Assembly (NCBI GenBank): GCA_030141605.1
Contig: JAQGDQ010000646.1
Coordinates: 55,843-119,842 of the forward strand
Length of the DNA: 64,000 nucleotides
Reading direction: 5' to 3'
Source: Tubiluchus corallicola
Taxonomy: Eukaryota > Animalia > Priapulida
Positions 1 to 11,021 of this stretch are shown here, one piece after another (the first letter of the stretch is position 1; the number at the start of each line of letters is the position of its first letter). The position numbers were made by a program, and so were the translations under genes. The notes below the pieces were generated by a model. The model ran no database searches. It saw only the letters and a program-made list of their open reading frames with translations, and was not told the origin of the DNA.

Positions 1-1111
1 ATTTACGTGTGAATATTATGACTTTTTAATAGACTGGTTACTAATATCTGTGAAGTAGGCCTGCTTTTGAATGGTCACAGATGAAATATACTTTGATAAA
101 GCACAGGTAACACAAGTCATATGAAACGACTTACATATATGTAGATAACTATAGTGAAGATTTCCTGAAAACGGAATGTACGTTGCCATAAGAAAACCGG
201 CAAAGACAACATCTTGTCAATAAGCAAATTTGGTTTGTGAACCAAAACCAAATTAGCACAGTAATCTAGTGATTTACAATTGTTAATCGGCATTTATTAA
301 TACAATTGAAAGTTGTATTCCGTTTCTGAAAAACGCCATTTTCCTTCAAAGTGCAGCCTACTATACATTGGCAACAGATATTACCACATGTATTGCAATA
401 GAAGTGAAATAAAATAATTATCCAAAATTTGAAGTTTATGGCTTTCATCTCCTACCGCCTCATCCACACCAGGCTACCTCTGGAGACGCTGAAATGGATA
501 AGATACAGCTGACATTTTAGTATCTTATTATAAGGGATTATTCTTTATAATCAGCTAGGTTCCGGTCCCTTATTATCACCTAATAAGTAAGACCTGCTTT
601 TGACGCCTTGCTATCATCACTATAAAATTATAATAGTTAACAATTTTGTTAATTGTCCTGTCAGTGAGCTGTTGCAGTTTTATCCCTCTCTTCATCCTCG
701 TTTGTTACAGATTATTCACTAAAGACCTTCACCCGCGCAGGTTTGCCCTTTCTACCAAGAAGCCCGTGCACTTTGCAGCGTTTTCCCCATTCGTACAGCA
801 ATCCTTTTATACATTTGAGCCAACTGTCTGTAGAGTGGACCTACTTAATGCTGATGTTTATGGTAAGACCGGAATGTAAACTGTGAATGTCGTAGGGTAT
901 AGCCCTCTATTGAAGGAACATTTAGCCGAGACCCATGGGTCCCTCTAAATTCTATAAAAACGCGTTTTCTTGAATCTAATCCCCGATTAGTTTACCTAAA
1001 TGTTAATTATAATAATGTTTAAAGTAAAGATTACAGCAATAATGTTACAAACTCAGAATTAATTAAATTTTGATACGAAATTAAAAAGACAGGAAGAGTG
1101 AAAAGTTGGAA

Positions 1112-1176
1112 TACAGCCCGGATATGAACCAGGGACCTTCTGCATACATTGCTAACGCCTTATGCCACAAACCACC
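1112..1176 (-). pseudogene. tRNA-like / SINE-head segment, copy 1
   Basis: Reverse complement GGTGGTTTGTGGCATAAGGCGTTAGC...AGGTCCCTGG-TTCATAT-CCGGG shows an A-box-like start and a T-arm with a B-box-like loop. No proper acceptor or anticodon stem. Confidence 0.55.
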
Positions 1177-1442
1177 GTATTCCCCAGTGGTCAAGGCAGT
1201 CCAAAATTTATCCATTAATGTAGCTAACTAGCCAAATTCAGCGTTTCCAATGTAGATCGCTCAAACTAGAGTGATTTTAAGTAATTATAATATTTTCTTA
1301 TTTGGATTAACTTTGAGCTAGAGTAATTAATTTATTATATAATGTTAATGTCCCGATTATTACTAATGCTGTTACAAACCAGCCACAATTAATAAAATTT
1401 TGATATCATAATTACAGGCAGGAAATGGGAAAAAATAAAACA

Positions 1443-1505
1443 TATTCTGGATACGAATCAGGAACATTCTGCTCACAACACGAGCTCTTTAGACCACTAG
1501 CTCAC
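1443..1505 (-). pseudogene. tRNA-like / SINE-head segment, copy 2
   Basis: Reverse complement GTGAGCTAGTGGTCTAAAGAGCTCG...GTTCCTGA-TTCGTAT-CCAGA shows an A-box-like AGCTAGTGG and a degenerate B-box; it is a diverged paralogue of 1112-1176. Confidence 0.5.
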
Positions 1506-2091
1506 TATTATTCCTAATGTGGGTCACTGTATTCCCAATTCTTTGCCTAAATATTTTTTGCGAAAATTTTTCCTCTGGCCTTTGCAGCATTAAAATTTTC
1601 AACAGAGATTGTAAGTTACTTACATCAATTAAAGTATTTAGACAAGCTTATAATTATTAGTGGCTAATTTTATTCAGCTAATTTGCAGGGCCGAATTTCC
1701 GATACGCCGGCCCGGGAGTGTCGAAATCCGAAGGATTCGGTAAACCCAACATATACGATCGATTTACAAGATTAGGAGTTTATGCTTCTAATCATATAGC
1801 CGTGTAAGTTCTATTAGTCTCATTGCAAATGTAGCCAAGCGTGAACGAACTAATGCGCTTATGGAGTTAATAAGAAATCGGGGAATTGTGTAATTATGAT
1901 GGTAAGATGTGCAGTGATGGATCAAGCTTGTTCAATTGTAAACCGCTGGCAGTGGCTAGGTGTAGATTTTATCGTTATAAACGACGATTAGATGACATTG
2001 CCTGGCTAATGATGAGTAATGCACTGACTTCGCGCTAATTACTGTTAATTACGCGCTGCTACTTTGTAGCTGCATTTGCAATAGCCTTTAA

Positions 2092-2441
2092 GGGCTATCC
2101 ACATAACGATATCAAGTTTTTCGGCCGATTTCGAGGACCTACCAACCTTGCTTTATAATGGCCTGATCGTATGCCCCGCCACCTACCTACACCTTATACT
2201 GACATCGACACCGATGTAGCTTATGTGTACATTTTATTTTTCCTTCTCCCAAGGGCAGGCAACAATATCACTTGTGTTAATTAACGGGTAATCCATCAGT
2301 GGATTCTATCGGTATTCTAAGTCTGATAACGATGTCATGACTGAATCACCTACCTATCTTACTTTATAGTGGCATCATCACGTCTCCTGTCACCTCTACC
2401 TACCCTAAACTTTATATTATAATTTAATATGTGGATGGCTG
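2092..2441. mobile_element. MITE, PIF/Harbinger (Tourist)-like
   Basis: Imperfect terminal inverted repeats GGGCTATCCACATAA ... ATATGTGGATGGCT, TAA at the left junction, and internal repeated CACCTACCTA motifs. Confidence 0.5.
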
Positions 2442-5017
2442 ACGCGTGTTTGCCAGAGATAGCCTTATTTTTTATCACGAAACAAGTCTAAAAGTGAGCT
2501 AACATTCGCGGAGCTTTAAAAACGGATGAGAATTTTTAGAAAGCAGAATTTTGCAATGACATTCAAAAGTATGAGGGAACGCGAAACATTCTATTTTATT
2601 GCGTAGTATTCATTATTATTAAATTTTACTGATATAAAGTTATCAATAAAGCAAAATAAAATTTACAATCAAGTACGTATATACAATCAAAACCATAAAA
2701 TACATACACTCATATATACATAAACTATGGCTACCAACTGACAAATTACAAATACACAAGCAACGACTAATCACTACTGGCACTAGAGACGATATGATTA
2801 TAAAAATTTCCAAGAAATAACGGATGACGTGTGAATATTGATAATAATTAGAATGTAAGTCCAATATAAAACAAACTGAGCTCATAGAACCTAATGAAAA
2901 AATTAATCGAAGCGATAAAGATAATTATAAATATAAGAACAGACAAGAGATAAATCACATTTAAACGATCACATTATAGTATCAAAGTTCATGTTAGAGT
3001 CATCTCTTAAATCATCGCAAAACTCTGAGCGAGTTTGAGGAGTGGGACGAAGGCTGAAGTTTCAGGATTCTAATCGTTCTCAACTTTTCCAAGGTGTTTG
3101 CGTGCTTCTCCTGGTCCTCCGAGATGTTTGCTAATACAAAACATTCCCCTTTAGCTACAGTCAACAAATCTCAAAAATTTCATGACGTAATAATCCTATT
3201 TCGCATATTTCGAAAGTCTATTAGGCAGGGCTAGCGCTTGAAATTAGAGAATTGTTAGTGAGGCCCTGTACACCACAAACGCTGTAGAACAGTATAAACA
3301 TTTTAAACATATAAAAATTTATCAAATAACACGACTTTATTTTGCAAGCTTTATGTTATATAGTCTGATTAACAGTGCTCTTTCTGTATTGAAGGCTGGA
3401 ATATCGTCTGCAAATTAGTAAAATTAAAACTCAGTGATGATCTAACTAATGCATATATGACCCACCAAATATCTTGGTTTAAAGGTAAATGGATATAATC
3501 AACTAATATTATACAACAAATAACAAACGGTCAGCAAAAAATATTAGTAATAACATTATGTCTGATGCCCTTGGGAAGTAGTCTTTAAAATACTGTTTCA
3601 ATGTGTGAAATACTGTTTCAACAATACTGAAATTATGCATTGCAACGTGTTTTTATTTTGACCTTCGTACATACAAGTTGACTGTAGCATTTTCTTTAGA
3701 GCATTTTAACAAAAAAGTTTAAACTGTAGTTTATTAAGAAACAGAAAGATATGTCAACGTTAAAAATGTAGCCGAGACTTTTTTCATTTGACTTAACTAT
3801 GCAACAAGCTTCTGTTGGTCAGCACTGAAATGCGTGTGTTGCTCGACTACCCATTTTTAGTTTTCGCCCTAGCGAAAAATTTTACCTCACGTCTCACGTA
3901 AATGATCCAGCGAAGCAGAAGAACTCAGCCTCACCTAATCGCATGCCTCAAAATTGTAGCCATAGCTGAAAAATTGTAAGAGGATAGTGCAAAATGAAGA
4001 CAAGCCCACTCGGTGACATTTGGCCCGAGTTCTCTCTACCTGGATGAGTACGCCAATTAAGTGACCTTAGCCCTGTGCGTACAAGGAACAACAAGGCACA
4101 AGGATAAAAAACAAAAAAAACGGTGAGCAAGCTAAGAAGATTACTTATCTTTTGTGAAAAAACTGTAAACTGAATGTCTGTTCCATTTTGGGGGATTTAG
4201 GAGATATAACGTGTTTCTACTAAGAACAGGGTTTCAGTAAGTGTATTTTTCGGTGCTTGTATTACGAAGCCGCGCGATTGAATAGCTTCTCCTGCTTCTG
4301 CTGCTGCTGCGACATGCTGTGCGACAAGAGAACTGCGCATAGCTGAAAAACCATTTACCGCTGAAATCACTTCTTAACTGCATGGATTCTCAGCGCCTAA
4401 TTCGTTAACAAGTTCCGATGAAACTCAGTTCGCTTATTGGACAAATAAACTTTGTGCAGACACACACATTTGTTCGTTTTGTCCAAAATTTGAGTAATTA
4501 CAGCCATCGAGGTAAGCCGAGGAATAGAGGACATATAGTTTCCTGTTTACGAACTGGAGGGTCCTAGCGCGAGAAAGGACCTTCTGATAAACAGGTTTGG
4601 AGCGTCACAACACAAAAAGAAGGACACCTCTAACAGGTTTTCAGCGTCCTGACGTGAAGAAACACATCCGACGTACACAAGGTATGTAAATACAACGCTA
4701 TTTATGCGTTCTATGATATGTATTTTGGCATTTAGTGAATTTATTTTGATGTTATATGCGTATGCAGTTATATTGCTAGATGGCTTATGACAAATGTTAA
4801 GCGATCCCGCTTACAATGTCAGCTTGTGTGATGCGCTTTTTCAGCTCCGAAAGACGCATTTTAAATAACTGTTTTTGAGAGGCGGAAAATTATATTTCCG
4901 TTGAATTTCAGACATTTACATGTTTTACATTGTTGTTACTGCATTCAGATAGAAAGCTTAAACTGATTCTTGACACTAATCAAAATAGATCATGAAAAGT
5001 AAAATTTGTCATTTTTT

Positions 5018-5291
5018 CACTCGCTCACTCACTCACTCACTCACTCACTCACTCACTCACTCACTCACTCACTCACTCACTCACTCACTCGCTCATTCAT
5101 TCATTTATCTATGTCTTCATTCATTTCTTCATTCATTCGTTTGCTTGTCTGTGTTTCCTTTTGTTCGTTTATTTTATTCGTCATTCATTCATTCACCCAT
5201 TCATGCATTCAGTGAGTGAGAGAGTGAGTCAGTCAGTTCATTTAGTCAGCCAGGCAATCACTAAGTCAGTCAGTCAGTCAGTCAGTCAGTC
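5018..5291. repeat. (CACT)n / (TCAT)n / (CAGT)n tetranucleotide microsatellites
   Basis: Directly visible. Confidence 0.95.
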
Positions 5292-5294
5292 ATA

Positions 5295-5830
5295 TTTTAT
5301 CGGAAGACAATAGAGATAATTTAGATATATTACGACAATGTTCAATTTACATGGTAGAGCAAATAAATTACTCATGAAATTTACTCACTGTTCAATTAAC
5401 GTGAAAAGACAATTGTTCAATACTTACTGCACTACTTTTTTTGTATGTCCACCCGGAGACATTTTTATTCTTACAATCTTAGCAAATTCAATGTTGCATA
5501 TAATGTATCAACACGAAAGCTTGTCATATGATACGAGCGCCAGATATATTTCTACTAGACTTAATCTTATTTATTTTGATGTGATTCACAGAAAATGTGC
5601 ATACAGTTTACACGGCAGGCTGAATAAGAGTGACAATTTTACATGCAAGGGCATTTTAAACAGTGATGCAAACTTTACTTCTGTAATTAGACGTCATTGA
5701 CGTAGTTTGTTATATCGTTAATTGTTATTTGTGTTATTGTTGTGTGTCATGATTTATTGCATTATTTGTATTAATTTGTGATGTGTATATGAACTTTGTA
5801 AAGTTTGAAATAAAACATTAAATGAAATCA
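5295..5830 (+). mobile_element. 5'-truncated non-LTR retrotransposon 3' end (ORF2 C-terminus plus 3' UTR)
   Basis: HGRANKLLMKFTHCSINVKRQLFNTYC ... FDVIHRKCAYSLHGRLNKSDN..KGILNSDANFTSVIRRH matches the post-RT region of CR1/L2-group-related ORF2 (consensus as recalled: RGNxLLRKFxxCSxxVKxxLFxSYC ... RLxxSxN). A T-rich UTR follows, with AATAAA at ~5809. Confidence 0.8.
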
Positions 5831-5985
5831 ATCAGTCAGTCAGTCAGTCAGTCAGCCAGTCAGTCAGTCAGTCAGTCAGTCAGTCAGTCAGTCAGTCAGT
5901 CAGTCAGTCAGTCAGTCAGTCAGTCAGTCAGTCAGTCAGTCAGTCAGTCAGTCAGTCAGTCAGTCAGTCAGTCAGTCAGTCAGTC
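5831..5985. repeat. (CAGT)n microsatellite
   Basis: Directly visible; explains ORF 5822..6028. Confidence 0.97.
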
Positions 5986-8739
5986 ACATGTTCTTGAATA
6001 CATCCAATCATTTATTCATTTATGTTGAAGAAACTAATTCGATTACACTAAGTGCACAAGCAGTAAAACAAAACTTTCCTTTAGCAAACACGATGGAATT
6101 TGTTTATTTGCGCTTTTATGAACTGCATTTCTCTTGTTATCATTCAATTTAAAGTTTCACTATCAGACCGTGCAAAATATGCGTAAAAGATGAAGCGTAT
6201 TCCTAACGACTAGATGCAAGCAATAGTTTCAAGCAAACGATAGCGCAAGGCGGACCGGAAACATTTTCATAGTCAACAAACTTTTTCACTATGTAGCTGG
6301 CTCCTGCCGGTTGCTGCAGTTCCTTCTAGCCACTAGTCAACGTACCTGTTCCTGCGACTAAATCAGTTTGCGCTTTTGTATTTAGTCGTGTTATGTGTAT
6401 CATGTTGCATTAGATACCCTGGTTCTGGATCCGCCTCCCCTGGGCTTCTATCTGTCGACCAGGAAGATTTATTCAGTAACGATTCACTCCATTAAGCTTA
6501 TTCAGGTTTATTATACTCGCAGATAAAGTAAGAAAACAGGGGGAAAACTTAAAATTGAATCATTCCAGGGCTGAAACGAAATCTGATTATTGTTTCAATG
6601 GTAGTGAATTACTCAGTAAATCGATCAGTTGGTTATTCAGTCAGTCGGTCAGGCAACGATACTGTCAAGGGCACAGTCAAGAAGTTTGTCAGTCAGCAAG
6701 CAGTTAACTAGGCAATGGAATTTTACGTGCATTTCTGTCTATGTGTGCTTATTATGTAGACAGACGAACAAGAGGTCTGTATGCAAAGCCTTCAGTAACA
6801 TCAGCTGGCGAGGCACGTATATGCTTCTCGTGTTAACACAATATTAACACTTACAACAATAGGTCAACATAATGCCAGCCAGGACAGTGTCGGTTTACAC
6901 AAGTCTTGTTTAGAGAAGAAATATTTGATCGGCCTATACACATTGTGATAGTGATGAGTATTTTTTTACGCAAACACGCGTACCCATTTTAATTATGTAT
7001 GGTGAATGTGTTACTATAGTGTTTTCTGAATTATGATTTTTGTTAAAATAACAAAAGTTGGTGCACGAAATCGCAGAGTGTTATAATTAGGATAATGACG
7101 TAGTTGACGGTAGTGGCGTATCTTTAAACTCTCAAGCATAAAAATAGTGAGAGTATTAAAACCAGTTGCCAGTATAACGTTTACCGCTTCATATCATCAG
7201 CTAAACGATGTTTGTTTGCTATTTCTATAAATTAGTCTCCATAAACACTTATTGTTCCTGTGTGACACAGCAGTTATAACTTTGCATTTTTTTGAGTAGA
7301 ATTCGGGGCGCTTTCCTATCTCTTTGAGCTGAATCTCTACAAGCCTCTCTTTCTATCCATTTGAACATTCGTTTGTCCGTCACTATTAAGCTGCCTAAAA
7401 CCCTGTTCTATTTTTTGTTCTTTTTTCTAAATTATTATTTGGGCGTGCTTACAGTGGTGCAAGCACATAGCAAGCTTTTACTTCTGGTGCTAGCCATCGA
7501 TACATGTTGTCATATCATAATCATTTATATTAACTGTATATTTTTTCACTGTTTCTATAGATTGTATTGTATGACTGTATTTCCAAATAAATAAATTACT
7601 ACTACAAACCCTACGTTTTAATATTTCATTTTTGTACTTTTATTTTAAAATATTTGTGTGTGATATAGGAAAAACACGCTGATAAATTGCTTCTTTACTT
7701 TACAGCAAGGTTTTGCACATCAAGCTTCAATATTTATAAAAAAGTTATTAACCACAAACTAAAAGAACGAACACAATATGTGAGAGGAGTGTATTTACCA
7801 ATAGACTAACTAGGCTATACTCTTTGTCACCAAGTTTTGAGGGGCACCAATTTTTAGGGCCCAGCGTAGAAAAAATTCTCATTTCCGGAAATTGCATATC
7901 CTTTCATAGTTACATAAAGCGCGTATTTTATAGCACACCACAAGCAGTTATAATTACTTTTATATAAGTTTCTATATTACATAAACGGTACTACACTACA
8001 AGCAGCTATGCAGCTTCCTTAGACAAGAGTTTATTCTCTTGTATGTAAATTAGCAATAACTACGTACGTATTGGTTTACAGTATTACTAATATACCGGTA
8101 ATACCGTAAGTAATTGTGTACTGCGCTTGACATATAAACAATCATAAACCCGTACAGATGGGCGAAACCAATATGGCTGCCTCAGGTGTCTTGACACGCT
8201 CCAGTATAATGTGAGAACAAAATGAAGGAAATAGGACAAAAATAAATAATTTTGTTAAAAATAGAAGTTTCCAAACACCAGTAAACATGCGTTAAGCAAA
8301 AAATTATGTTGAAAACAAATAAAAGCAAGGTTAGGCCTATACGGAAAAGTTTACATATATATATATGTAGAACAACGCACAGGACAAAAATAAATAATTT
8401 AGTATTTATTTATATCACATATGTATTAATGTATACATATTAATAATAAATATTACATCAAATTGATAAAGGTATCCAACTTTATCAACTTTTTTATCAA
8501 TACGTTGTTCAGATGTTTTTGACAGCTGATTAAAGATACTGCACTCCCTAATGGAGTCCCTATTTATTATGTTAACTAGACTAGTAAAAAATGTGCAGCG
8601 ATGTTTTACGCAGCGGCTTTTTGCTAGATGTGGAACTACTCCTACTTAGTAGCCCAATGGATTAGAAATCTTAAAACTAGATAGATCCTTCAGAAATACG
8701 TCACCTACATTGAGATATGGCAACGTGTTACGAAGCATA

Positions 8740-9180
8740 CATCACGATGCGATCTAAAATTGACAACAAATTCTTTTTAAGCTCACCCAGCATTAATAAT
8801 AGCAGCGGTCGCAATTTAAAATTATTTGTAAAGCCTTGTAGGTTGACTGCTTTAAGTATTTTAGCTCACATGGAGTTAAAGTGTGGAACTCATCCCTAGT
8901 CAAGTAAATTGTGCAGTCCTTGTTTGTGCGCGTGCTAAATCACTTTTTAAAACTGACTGGAAAAAGTTTAATTTGCTAAATATTTCTTTTTATAGACACT
9001 AGTAAGTAACTGTTAGCTCTTTGCGTATACATCGTAATAATCCATTTTAAATTTTTCTAGTCTTTATCTCTGTCTTGTATATTTTATGCCTTTCTTAGGT
9101 AATATCTTAGGAAATCAATTTTGCGTGTGTAAATAAGTGTGTAATTGTATGGATGGATAACGCAATAAAATAAATAAATC
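8740..9180 (+). mobile_element. CR1-like LINE ORF2 3' end, decayed
   Basis: GRNLKLFVKPCRL.. then, after a frameshift, KYFSSHGVKVWNS, resembling the CR1 C-terminal GHxxKLxKPxCRLxxRKxFFSxRVxxxWNxLP. A T-rich UTR follows, ending AATAAAATAAATAAA at ~9164-9178. Confidence 0.65.
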
Positions 9181-9189
9181 GCCGTTTTT

Positions 9190-9830
9190 GTTCCATCTTG
9201 TCAAAGTGTTGTATTATAACACCATTGAAACAAGCACAAATTATTTTTGAAACACGCAATGTTTGTTACGAATTTCGTGATAATGCCAGACTGCAAGAGT
9301 TAATATTTATTAAATTTTAGACAAGTATATCTATCTGGAAGCTATTTAGCCAGGTATAAATAGCAAACAGTTTAGTACAAATGTATTGATGAAATCAGCT
9401 GAGATGAAGTAAAGACATTTGCATACATATGGCACTCGGTTTTTGAGCACATTTTTGGTAAATCATTTATATAAAAAATAAACAGTAAGGGTCCAAGAGT
9501 AGGTTCTTGGTGCGTGCCCAGCGTTAACACAAGCCAAGTCTGGTAATTTGTTTCAGTTCGTATATTACAGTTTCTTTTCAGAAACGTAAGGTGAAAATGA
9601 AACGTGTAATCTGATTAATCTTAGTATTATTAGTTTCAAATTTGTATGCTTTGCATAAGGTAAATTATGCATGAGGTATATCATCAAAATGTAGGTTTAC
9701 GTGTACAAGTCGAAAACATTTTGTTTGGAAATGTAGTGGATAGTGCTCAATATCAAAAGCGAAATCCATTAAAGGGATAAAAATTTCAATGTTTAAAGCT
9801 TTGTGAAATAGACATGACAGATGTATTGAA
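9190..9830 (-). mobile_element. LINE reverse-transcriptase fragment, decayed
   Basis: Reverse strand reads ..QEPTLGPLLFI/YINDL (the GVPQGSxLGPLLF..YINDL motif, frameshifted), followed by a degenerate YAD-like motif, with a KAF-like motif upstream (~9795). Confidence 0.7.
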
Positions 9831-10559
9831 CAATTCAGGACACTTCTCTTCTGGCCTTTTTCTTTCTCAGCCAGGCATGTCAGTCGGTCATTCAGTCAGT
9901 GAGTTAGACAGTCAGTTAGTTAGTCAGTCAGTCAGCCAGTTAACCAGCTAGTCAGTTGGTTGGTCAGTCGGTTTGTCTGTTAGTTTTTCAGCCAGCCAGC
10001 CAGTCCATCAGTAAATAACTGAATTAGTAGATTAATGAGTTACCAAGCACCGACTGGGATATTCTGTGCGTCTGTGATTATATGAGTAAGTCGATTAGTC
10101 AGTACGTGATGTCCAGCCTTTTTATTAAAAGGTTTATCAAAACTTAGTTTGACGTAAGATTTAGAAATGCTGTTACGTGTATCGGATTTAATGTAGTCCA
10201 AGAACTTCTTTGTTTTCTCAAATTAAAGCGCGTAATCCGTTTAGGATTAAACTCCACGCCAAGTTTATCAGCATCTATTTTCATCTGGGACTGTGAAATT
10301 GAGACATTTGACAAATTGTATTGAGTTAAATTGAATTAGGTAACGGCGGAAAATTAGCGAGGTCCAAATGAAATGTCGCAACTGGTTGAAATTCTGGTCA
10401 TTCTAGACTCTAGAACTACGCGACGCGTTGCACAGAATTCTCTACTTTTCTCCGAAATCATCGTAATGACGCTCGCTGGCGGGAATGTAGAAATGAGAAA
10501 TTTACTTGCCTTTGTGTTTGTCAGACGTGTATCGTGATTACGAGATCACGAAGAAAGAG

Positions 10560-10754
10560 GCAGCGGCAGGGGCAACAACAATGACGGTGACGGTGACGGT
10601 GGCAGCAGAAGCGGGAGCAGCAATGGGAACGGCTGTGGCAGCGATAATGATGATGACAACAACAACAGCAACAAAGACAGCAGCAGTAACAATAACAATA
10701 ACAACAACAACAGTGAAAGTGACAGTAGCAGCGACGACGACGATGACGACGACG

Positions 10755-10794
<40 letters not shown>

Positions 10795-10941
10795 CTACTA
10801 CTACTACTACTACTAATACTACTACTACTAGTACTACTGCTACTACTACGACTACTACGACTACCACTACGACTGCTACTACCACCACCACCATCATCAC
10901 CACCACCACCACCAACACCACCACCACCACCGCAGCCGCCT

Positions 10942-11021
<80 letters not shown>
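10560..11021. repeat. Compound trinucleotide microsatellite (GAC/CAA/CTA/CAC)
   Basis: Directly visible; explains the poly-Thr, poly-Val and poly-Leu ORFs. Confidence 0.95.

Larger units (their letters stand above)
921..1744. mobile_element. Putative non-autonomous Helitron/Helentron-like element with hairpins at both ends and two internal tRNA-like cassettes
   Basis: Palindrome GACCCATGGGTC at 930-941 follows TTTAGCC. Hairpin CGAAATCC-GAA-GGATTCG lies at 1722-1739 before GTAAA. Inside are two diverged ~330-bp units (shared TGTTACAAAC...AATTAAT.AAATTTTGATA), each ending in a reverse-strand tRNA-like segment. Confidence 0.4.

Noticed and set aside
1112-1505. Functional tRNA genes
   Set aside because: Only A/B-box and T-arm similarity; acceptor and anticodon stems do not pair.
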